From Rickettsiales bacterium (GTDB lineage: Bacteria > Pseudomonadota > Alphaproteobacteria > Rickettsiales > UBA1997), in the NCBI GenBank assembly GCA_032119875.1, contig JAUMFK010000008.1:3937-40067 (forward strand): 36,131 nucleotides of DNA, given 5' to 3'. Every line of letters begins with the position of its first letter. Within the stretch, counting starts at the first letter, position 1. This document shows, in pieces, positions 9,181 to 18,702 of the stretch. The position numbers and the translations under genes were made by a program. A model generated the notes under the pieces. That model saw only the letters and a list, made by a program, of their open reading frames with translations. It made no database searches and was not told the DNA's origin.

Positions 9181-9354
9181 ATACCATTTCAACTTAAAAT
9201 ACATTTGTTATATATTTAATAAATCTAACTTCATCTTTTTGACTAAAAAGCTTCAAAAAGCCTCAAGCTGTATGGATATACAGCTTTCGTTTTTTAAAGT
9301 TTTTATCTCAAAAATATTTTGTTAGATTTATTAATTTTAAAGTTGAAATGGTAT
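9181..9354. mobile_element. MITE family A, full-length copy 1 (174 bp; TA-flanked, IS630/Tc1-like)
   Basis: Perfect 15-bp terminal inverted repeats ATACCATTTCAACTT/AAGTTGAAATGGTAT. A near-identical inverted copy lies at 35699-35871. No transposase coding capacity. Confidence 0.9.
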
Positions 9355-9391
9355 AATATTTTTCTTGATTGTCAAGTTTTTTTTAAATATT

Positions 9392-9871
9392 TTATTTTAA
9401 AGTTTTGGCAACTTCGGGCGGCATATATTTTTCGTCATGCTTGACTAACAATTCGGAAGCAACAAAAATATTTTTGCTAACAATACCTTTGGCAATTACT
9501 CCTTGTTTTTCTTTAAATAAATCGGGGAGAATGCCGTTATAAAAAATTGTAAGTTCTTCTAGGTTATCGGTAATAATAAATTTAGTATTTAAGCTATCAA
9601 GTTTTACTATCGAATTTACTTTAACCAATCCGCCAACTCGAATAATTTTTTGCGGTTTTAATTGTTGAGAATTATATGCTTGCCAAAATTCGGTTGGAGC
9701 ATAAAAAAATAACAGATTTTGTCGAAAATTATTGATAATAAACCATAAAGAAAATAAAGAAACAAAAAAAACCCCTGTAACAAAAATTAGCCTTTGTTGT
9801 TTATGGTTTATCTTGTTTTTTTTCTGGTGTTTTACCATAAAGCTTTTGATAATATTTTTTTTCCAAGGCAA
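9392..9871 (-). CDS. ccmE: Cytochrome c maturation heme chaperone CcmE; likely start is the ATG at 9838
   Basis: 'IRVGGLV', 'GILPDLFKEKQGVIAKG' and heme-binding 'KHDEKYMPPEV'. Confidence 0.97.
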   Translation of the reverse strand: MPWKKNIIKSFMVKHQKKNKINHKQQRLIFVTGVFFVSLFSLWFIINNFRQNLLFFYAPTEFWQAYNSQQLKPQKIIRVGGLVKVNSIVKLDSLNTKFIITDNLEELTIFYNGILPDLFKEKQGVIAKGIVSKNIFVASELLVKHDEKYMPPEVAKTLK

Positions 9872-9962
9872 AATAGGTAATTACTGATTTTATTAAAGCA
9901 ACCAAGAGAATAAAAGTAGTAATTAAATAAGAGCTAAAAACAAACAAAGAATAATCTTTCAT
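9801..9962 (-). CDS. ccmD: Heme exporter protein CcmD (53 aa, not in ORF track)
   Basis: Hand translation: MKDYSLFVFSSYLITTFILLVALIKSVITYFALEKKYYQKLYGKTPEKKQDKP. It has a Y-x-x-F-V-x-x-S-Y N-terminus, one TM helix and a charged tail. It starts 3 nt after the gyrB stop and lies directly upstream of ccmE. Confidence 0.78.
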   Translation of the reverse strand: MKDYSLFVFSSYLITTFILLVALIKSVITYFALEKKYYQKLYGKTPEKKQDKP

Positions 9963-9965
9963 AGT

Positions 9966-12386
<2,421 letters not shown>

Positions 12387-12579
12387 TTATTAATAATATG
12401 GTGTTGTGTAGTTAAATTTACTAAAATAATTTTAACTAAATCAAAACTAAAAAGCAAATTGTTTTTTTGGTATAAATTTCTCCTCAAAACTAGCAAAATT
12501 TTTAATAAAATCTATTGCAATTTTATTTTAATAGCATAATATTTTTGATAAAATTTTACTAATTTTTATTTATTTGGTT

Positions 12580-12750
12580 ATGAAAAAATACTTTTTTATC
12601 GCTATTTCTCTAATGTTTCTATGCTCTTGTGCTAATAGAGTTATTGATGTGAAAAGCCCTTGTGTTTCTTCTAAACATGGTCCTTGTGGCCCTAAAAAAC
12701 CAATAAATGATTGGTGGCTTAATAATAATTCTCAACAGCAAATTTCTTGA
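12580..12750 (+). CDS. Small lipoprotein, VirB7/RvhB7 (DUF2706)-like (56 aa, not in ORF track)
   Basis: Hand translation: MKKYFFIAISLMFLCSCANRVIDVKSPCVSSKHGPCGPKKPINDWWLNNNSQQQIS. Lipobox LCS-C17. 'KSPCV...PC...P(I/V)N' matches the pattern I recall for rickettsial VirB7. Confidence 0.7.
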   Translation: MKKYFFIAISLMFLCSCANRVIDVKSPCVSSKHGPCGPKKPINDWWLNNNSQQQIS

Positions 12751-13229
12751 TATTTATGGTAACAGACAACAACAACAACAATAGTAAAAATAATTCTTTT
12801 TTAGATAGAATTAAAAAAAAGAATCCCGATTCCGATTCTGATTCCGATGGCGATTCTAATTTTGCAAAAAAACATGATAAAGGAGATTCCAATTTTGCCA
12901 GTCGTTATCAAAAAAAACCTGCCATGACTTCTACTAAACTAGATGATACTCAAGCAGAAGATGAAGGTTCTAAATCTGAAAAAAAACCTATCGATCCTAA
13001 AAAAAGAGCCTTGGCAAAATATATTTATCTAGTAAAAGGTATTGATGCCAATAGAAAAGCTTGGTATTATGTTTTGGTTGAGGCTTTAAAAGTGCAGTTA
13101 TTTTTAAAGGCTTTAAATGACGATATTATTCATTTAGAGCATTACGGTAAAATACTTTATTCTGCCTACGGTGAAGAACCTCCCGCTCATATTACTAAAG
13201 CTTTAAAAGATGAATATGATATTGATTAA
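12747..13229 (+). CDS. Conserved Rickettsiales hypothetical protein with low-complexity N-terminal extension; likely start is the ATG at 12756
   Basis: C-terminal domain 'YLVKG..RKAWYYVLV..YGKILYSAYGEEPP' resembles a small conserved Rickettsia protein (recalled, not searched). Confidence 0.65.
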   Translation: MIFMVTDNNNNNSKNNSFLDRIKKKNPDSDSDSDGDSNFAKKHDKGDSNFASRYQKKPAMTSTKLDDTQAEDEGSKSEKKPIDPKKRALAKYIYLVKGIDANRKAWYYVLVEALKVQLFLKALNDDIIHLEHYGKILYSAYGEEPPAHITKALKDEYDID

Positions 13230-13243
13230 TTAAATCTTTTTTT

Positions 13244-14590
13244 ATGAAAAATCTTAAAATATTTGCTATTATAACTCTATCTGTTTTTGTTGGTTTTTTT
13301 TCGGCAATTTCTATTGCTGAAAACTCTTTATTAAAAACAAATCCCAAGAAAGTTGTTAGTAAAAAATATTCCACAGATTTTCTTAACGAGGTTGTAAACA
13401 AGGTAAAAACCGAATATGTTGAAGAAAAAACCGATAATCAGCTTATTGAGGCTGCTGCTTCTGGTATTTTATCTTCTCTCGATCCGCATTCTTCATTTTT
13501 AAACGAAGAAGATCTCAAAGAAATGAATGTTCATACCAAAGGCGAGTTTGGTGGTATAGGCATTGAAATTTCTAGCGAAATGTCGGTAACCAAAGTGGTT
13601 TCTGCCATCGATGATACTCCAGCTTTTAAAGCAGGTATCAATTCTGGTGATTACATTATTAGAATTGACGATATTTCTACTCAAGGTTTACGTATTGATG
13701 AAGTGGTTAAAAAAATTAGAGGCAAACCTAATACCAGTGTTAAATTAACAATTTATCGCAAAGGCGAAGCGGTTCCGCTCGAAAAAATCATTGTGAGAAA
13801 AATTATTAAAATCAATCCTGTAAAAAGCAATTTATTTAAAGATGTTGCTTATATTAAAATTAATTCTTTTTCCGAAAAAACTACAGAAGGAGTTATAAGA
13901 GAATTTGCCAATATTCAAAAAAAGCTCGATAAAAATATTTCTTTAAAAGGTTTAGTTTTAGATCTCAGAAATAATCCTGGGGGCTTGCTCGATCAATCTG
14001 CTGAAGTTGCTGATTTATTTTTACCAAAGAATGCTAAAATAGTTTCTATTAAGGGTAGAGATCAATCTAAAATAATCGAATTCATCGATGATAAACCAGA
14101 AACCTTATTTCCAAACTTGCCAATTGCAGTTTTAATTAACGAAGGCTCTGCCTCTGCCTCCGAAATTGTGGCGGGTGCCTTACAAGATAACAAACGTGCA
14201 GTAATTATGGGCAGTAAATCTTTTGGCAAAGGTTCTGTGCAAAGCCTTATTGCTTTATCCGATAAGTCTTCTGCTATTAAGCTCACTACCGCTTTATATT
14301 ATACTCCTTCTGGCAGATCAATTCAGGCTTCTGGTATTGAGCCAGATATTGAGCTTGAAAGTGCTACCATTGAAAAATCAAAGCAGATTCTACCAAAAGA
14401 TTCCGAAGCCGATTTAAAAGGTCATTTAGAGGTTGAGATTAATCAAAATCTTAACAAAACCGCTAAACAGCAAGATAAAAAAATAACAGATAACAATCTC
14501 GAAATTTATCAAAAAGATTACCAATTAGGTAGGGCTATTGATTTAATCAGGGGAGTGAGTTTAAGTAAGGCTATTTTTAATGGTTCTTAA
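13244..14590 (+). CDS. ctpA: Carboxy-terminal processing protease (S41A)
   Basis: 'LDPHS', PDZ 'GEFGGIGIEI', 'LDLRNNPGGLL', 'SASASEI' and 'FGKGSVQ'. Confidence 0.95.
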   Translation: MKNLKIFAIITLSVFVGFFSAISIAENSLLKTNPKKVVSKKYSTDFLNEVVNKVKTEYVEEKTDNQLIEAAASGILSSLDPHSSFLNEEDLKEMNVHTKGEFGGIGIEISSEMSVTKVVSAIDDTPAFKAGINSGDYIIRIDDISTQGLRIDEVVKKIRGKPNTSVKLTIYRKGEAVPLEKIIVRKIIKINPVKSNLFKDVAYIKINSFSEKTTEGVIREFANIQKKLDKNISLKGLVLDLRNNPGGLLDQSAEVADLFLPKNAKIVSIKGRDQSKIIEFIDDKPETLFPNLPIAVLINEGSASASEIVAGALQDNKRAVIMGSKSFGKGSVQSLIALSDKSSAIKLTTALYYTPSGRSIQASGIEPDIELESATIEKSKQILPKDSEADLKGHLEVEINQNLNKTAKQQDKKITDNNLEIYQKDYQLGRAIDLIRGVSLSKAIFNGS

Positions 14591-15524
14591 CAAAGTGATA
14601 ATATTGTCTAGAATTTTATTGTTTTTTATAATTTTAAATCTCAATATTGCTTATGCGAAATTTAACTTGCCAAATATTATAATTATTAATCAAAATCATA
14701 TTATACAGCCAGAAATAAATCAAAGATGGCAATTTTTTCTTAAAAATAGTAAAATTTCTAATCAAAAAAATACACAAAATATTAGTATTTGGCAAGAAAA
14801 ATTATTAGAAAAACTCATAGAAGAATCGTTGATTTTACAAAATGCTCAAAAATTAAAACTCGAAGTATCTCCTGATGAACTTAATAATTATTTAGTTCAG
14901 ATTGCTGGTAAGCAACAAAAAACATTGATACAATGGCAAGATTTTTTGCAAAAAAATAATCTAAATTTTTCTTATTATGTTAAGCAAGTGAAGGCCGAAA
15001 TATTATGGTTTAAAATTATTGAGCAAAAAATTAAACCTAAAATCCAAATTAGCAACCTAGAAATTAATGAAATAGCCGAACAAAATAATTCTAATATTTT
15101 AGAACCGCAATTTTTATTAGCAGAAATTGTTATTAACAATAACAATAAAAATATTGAAAAATTTATTTATAATATGCATCAACAATTATTGATGGGTGCA
15201 GATTTTAATATTTTAGTAAATCAGTTTTCGATATCGGAATCTGCAAAAAATAATGGTGAAATTGGTTGGTTTGCCAAGCAAGATTTGAATAAAAAAGTTT
15301 ATCAGGCTATTGCAAATTTATCTATTAATGGTTATTCTTTACCAGTGCAAATAGAGAATAATTGGTATATTTTTAAAGTTATTAATAAAAAATATCAAAA
15401 TAATATCGATGAAAATACTAAACATAAACTCGAAAATCTGATTTTTCAGCAAAAATTAAATAATTTTTCTAAATCATATTTGCAAGATTTGAAAAATCAT
15501 TCTGTGATAGAAATGGTATTATAA
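14580..15524 (+). CDS. surA: SurA-like periplasmic chaperone/parvulin PPIase
   Basis: Signal peptide, SurA N-domain 'LEKLIEESLILQNA' and parvulin 'FNILVNQFS..SAKNNGEIGWF'. Confidence 0.8.
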   Translation: MVLNKVIILSRILLFFIILNLNIAYAKFNLPNIIIINQNHIIQPEINQRWQFFLKNSKISNQKNTQNISIWQEKLLEKLIEESLILQNAQKLKLEVSPDELNNYLVQIAGKQQKTLIQWQDFLQKNNLNFSYYVKQVKAEILWFKIIEQKIKPKIQISNLEINEIAEQNNSNILEPQFLLAEIVINNNNKNIEKFIYNMHQQLLMGADFNILVNQFSISESAKNNGEIGWFAKQDLNKKVYQAIANLSINGYSLPVQIENNWYIFKVINKKYQNNIDENTKHKLENLIFQQKLNNFSKSYLQDLKNHSVIEMVL

Positions 15525-15541
15525 TTTAAACATCTTTTAAA

Positions 15542-15994
15542 ATGATTAACGATATTTCCCAAGGTTTTGTTTTAGACTTCTATAAAAATAACGAAAAACC
15601 TTATACATATGCCGATGATCATGCCGAAATAAATGTGTGGCCAGAGTTTTTAGATATTAAAAATAATGATCTAGATTTTATTTATATTTGGGCTTATCAT
15701 GTTAGTATAAAAAATTTATCACAAAATAGTTTGCGGTTAATTAGTAGGCATTTTCGCATCATCGATGAAAAAGGTCGAGAAATGGAGATTGATGGCGATG
15801 GAGTGGTAGGTGAGCAACCAATTATTAAGGCTCAACAAGTTTTTCAATATAGTAGCGGGGTTCATTTAAAAACTGCTAGTGGCATTATTTCTGGCCATTA
15901 TAAAATGTATAATTTACAAACTAATGAGTTTGTGCGGTTTATTTTACCGAGCTTTTCGTTGCATTTACCAAGTGATAAACCTTTACAAAACTAA
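15542..15994 (+). CDS. apaG: ApaG domain protein
   Basis: 'WAYHVSIKN', 'LISRHFRIID', 'GDGVVGEQP' and 'FQYSSG'. Confidence 0.93.
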   Translation: MINDISQGFVLDFYKNNEKPYTYADDHAEINVWPEFLDIKNNDLDFIYIWAYHVSIKNLSQNSLRLISRHFRIIDEKGREMEIDGDGVVGEQPIIKAQQVFQYSSGVHLKTASGIISGHYKMYNLQTNEFVRFILPSFSLHLPSDKPLQN

Positions 15995-17230
15995 ATGTTT
16001 TTTGATAATTACTACACTTCTACCGATACCAATAAAATTGAATTAGGTTTAGAGAGAATTTTAACCTTACTTGCTAGGCTTAATAATCCTCATCTTAATT
16101 TGCCTCCCGTTATTCATATTGCTGGCACTAATGGCAAAGGCTCGGTTTTAGCATTTTTAAAAGCAATTTTTAATCAAGCAAATTACAAAGTGCATCGTTA
16201 TACTTCACCACATTTGGTAAAGTTTAACGAAAGAATCGAAATTGCTAATCAGATGATTTCTGATATAGAGCTTAATGAACTTTCTAATCAATGCCATTTG
16301 GCTTGCCAAATTTTACCAAAAATAACTCCTACTTTTTTTGAATTTACTACTGCTATGGCTTTTTTAGCATTTAGTAAGCACAAAGCTGATGTTGTTTTGC
16401 TTGAAACTGGCTTGGGAGGAGAGTTTGATGCTACTAATGTTTTGCCACAGGTTTTAGTGGCAATCATTACTACCATTTCTTTTGATCATCAAGAATTTTT
16501 AGGAAATTCTCTAGCAGAAATAGCTAAAGCTAAAGCAGGAATTATTAAAAATAACTGCCCAGTAATAATTGCCAATCAACAACAACAAGCAAAAGAAGTT
16601 TTATGGCAAGTTGGCACTGCAAAACAAGCAAAAATTATTGATGCTTCATCTTATAATTTACCAAATAATTTATGCAAGAAAAATCTTAACTTAATTGGTG
16701 TGCATCAGCTAGATAATTTAAAGTTAGCATACCTTGCTATTCTAAATCAAGATAAATTTTTTATCGATTTTTCAGAAATCTCTTTAGGAGCAGAAAATGC
16801 AAAATGGCCAGCAAGATTACAAAAGATTACTTTTGGCAATATTAAAAATCAGTTAAAAAATTGTCAAATTTATCTAGATGGAGCTCATAATCTAGATGGA
16901 GCAAAAATAGTTGCCGATTTTTTATCTATGCAAGATGGCAAAAAAATTGTCGTTTTTAATATGTTAAAAAATAAAGATTTATTGGGTTTTTTAAAACAAA
17001 TTCAAAACAATTTAGATATATTATTAATTATCGATGTTGCTTTTCATCAAAATCAATGTTTAGCAATAGAAATTTTTATGCAAGCTAAAGAGCTAAATAT
17101 ACCAGTAGAAATTATTGATAATTTTAGCAAAATTAGTAATTTTTTAGTAGATACTGATAACACTATATTAATTTGTGGATCGTTATACTTGGCAGGCTAT
17201 TTTTTATCTTTAAACAGCCATTTCAGGTAA
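15995..17230 (+). CDS. folC: Dihydrofolate/folylpolyglutamate synthase, copy 1
   Basis: 'IELGLERI', P-loop 'GTNGKGS', 'YTSPHL', 'ETGLGGEFDATN', 'DGAHN' and 'CGSLYLAG'. Confidence 0.93.
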   Translation: MFFDNYYTSTDTNKIELGLERILTLLARLNNPHLNLPPVIHIAGTNGKGSVLAFLKAIFNQANYKVHRYTSPHLVKFNERIEIANQMISDIELNELSNQCHLACQILPKITPTFFEFTTAMAFLAFSKHKADVVLLETGLGGEFDATNVLPQVLVAIITTISFDHQEFLGNSLAEIAKAKAGIIKNNCPVIIANQQQQAKEVLWQVGTAKQAKIIDASSYNLPNNLCKKNLNLIGVHQLDNLKLAYLAILNQDKFFIDFSEISLGAENAKWPARLQKITFGNIKNQLKNCQIYLDGAHNLDGAKIVADFLSMQDGKKIVVFNMLKNKDLLGFLKQIQNNLDILLIIDVAFHQNQCLAIEIFMQAKELNIPVEIIDNFSKISNFLVDTDNTILICGSLYLAGYFLSLNSHFR

Positions 17231-17734
17231 TCGCCCTTGATTTTCTTCACCATTAGGGTTAGACACTACTCTACCTGGTTGGCTTTGTGAATACATCATA
17301 CTAGGAATAATAATAATAGGATTCATATCATCACTACACAAACTTAAAGGTCTTAGGGAAGTGTCGCCAGATGTTGTTGATGCTATTTCTGGTAATTCTG
17401 CTGCTGTTGGTTGTGGTCTAGGATTTTGTTGATTAGTAGCACCAATTATTGTTCCTTCGAGTCCATTTCTATCTTCTTCTTCTTGTCGTTGTTGCATATC
17501 TTGAAGCCACCGTGCTCTTGCTTCTTGTCCTTCTCTAATCATATGCTTTATGGATAAAACACCCGAAAAAAATGTAGTTGAAATAAAAAAACCGAAAAAG
17601 CCATCAGCCGTAGGCCCTTCGGAAGGTAAAGATTTTGATCCTATAGCGCCGACAAAAGAAGATGCAGAAACAATTCCATATAATATTGCTTTGCCAGAAT
17701 TGTCGCATTTAGGGAGATAGTTAGGCAGAGGCAT
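17210..17734 (-). CDS. Orphan protein with two N-terminal hydrophobic segments and a disordered tail; candidate secreted effector
   Basis: 174-aa ORF with ATG start that fills the gap between folC and the repeat-containing spacer; no recognisable family. Confidence 0.6.
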   Translation of the reverse strand: MPLPNYLPKCDNSGKAILYGIVSASSFVGAIGSKSLPSEGPTADGFFGFFISTTFFSGVLSIKHMIREGQEARARWLQDMQQRQEEEDRNGLEGTIIGATNQQNPRPQPTAAELPEIASTTSGDTSLRPLSLCSDDMNPIIIIPSMMYSQSQPGRVVSNPNGEENQGRLPEMAV

Positions 17735-17753
17735 AGTGTTTTATGTATTTAAA

Positions 17754-17808
17754 GGCACTGTGTTGCATAGCAAATAAAGTAAAATATAATTTGGAATTCA
17801 ACAGTGCC
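17754..17808. mobile_element. 55-bp miniature element with IS6/IS26-like inverted ends (family B)
   Basis: Left end GGCACTG(TG)TTGCATAGCAAAT; right end reverse complement GGCACTGTTGAATTCCAAAT. The IS26 IR is GGCACTGTTGCAAA. Confidence 0.6.
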
Positions 17809-17864
17809 AAAATTTAACAATTTTGTTATATATTGCAATAATTATTTTTTGTTGTCAATAGATT

Positions 17865-17923
17865 ATACCATTTCAACTTTAAAATTAATCAATCTAACAA
17901 TGTATTTTAAGTTGAAATGGTAT
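17865..17923. mobile_element. MITE family A, internally deleted copy (59 bp)
   Basis: Both 15-bp TIRs are intact. The sequence equals copy 2 with everything between two ATCTAACAA direct repeats removed. Confidence 0.9.
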
Positions 17924-17958
17924 TATACCATATTTTTTAGATAAAATGGGTATTGATT

Positions 17959-18702
17959 TTACCAATCGCAGCTAGCTATTATTAATTGTTTTTGTGTAGT
18001 TTGTAGCACAATGTTGCCTTGTTGGTTAATATCAATAAAAATTCCACTATGTTTTTTTCCTTCAAAATCAAGATCTATTTCTTGGTTTATTTTATAAGCC
18101 AGTTTAAGCCATAATTTTTTGATACCAAGAAAGCCGTAATCTTGCCAATTATGTAGTAAAAAATTAAAATTCGGTAAAAAATATTGTAAAAATTGCAAGC
18201 AGCAAAGATTGATATTATAATTTGTTAAGTTGGTTGCTTTTAAATTTTCTATGTTTGGATGATTTTTTAAATTAACTCCAATACCAATGATAAAATCTTG
18301 GTAGCCTTGCCTAGTTTGAGTGCTATCAATTAAAATACCTGCTACTTTTTGATAGTCAAGCAAAATATCGTTTGGCCATTTATAATTTATAGGTAAGTCT
18401 GGCTTTATTTGTTGTAAAGTTTTGCCAAAAGCAACACCTGTAAGCAATGAAAGTTGAGTATAATTCTGACAAAAATCTGTGGCAATTTGTATTATTATAG
18501 AACAACACAAATTGCCAGCCATAGATTGCCATGTTTTGCCGTTTTTTCCAACTCCTTTAGTTTGTGAAAGTGCTAAAATAATTTGTTTAGAATGTATTTG
18601 TTGATTAAAAAGTAGGTTTTTAGCGGTTTGGTTAGTGCTTTCTAATTCGCAATATTCGTAAATAGTAAAATCGGCAATACTGTAAGTTTTTTGAGGTTTC
18701 AT
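17959..18702 (-). CDS. birA: Biotin-protein ligase (class I, no HTH)
   Basis: 'ESTN', 'QTKGVGKNGKTWQS', 'KWPNDI', 'KVAGILI' and 'IGIGVN'. Confidence 0.92.
   Translation of the reverse strand: MKPQKTYSIADFTIYEYCELESTNQTAKNLLFNQQIHSKQIILALSQTKGVGKNGKTWQSMAGNLCCSIIIQIATDFCQNYTQLSLLTGVAFGKTLQQIKPDLPINYKWPNDILLDYQKVAGILIDSTQTRQGYQDFIIGIGVNLKNHPNIENLKATNLTNYNINLCCLQFLQYFLPNFNFLLHNWQDYGFLGIKKLWLKLAYKINQEIDLDFEGKKHSGIFIDINQQGNIVLQTTQKQLIIASCDW

Noticed and set aside
9001-9219. 72-aa plus-strand ORF
   Set aside because: It lies in an AT-rich spacer and runs through the family B repeat into the MITE; it has no protein-like features.
16872-16902. 13-bp direct repeat ATCTAGATGGAGC in folC1
   Set aside because: It encodes 'LDGAHNLDGA', the conserved DGAHN region; this is a coding-level coincidence or small duplication.
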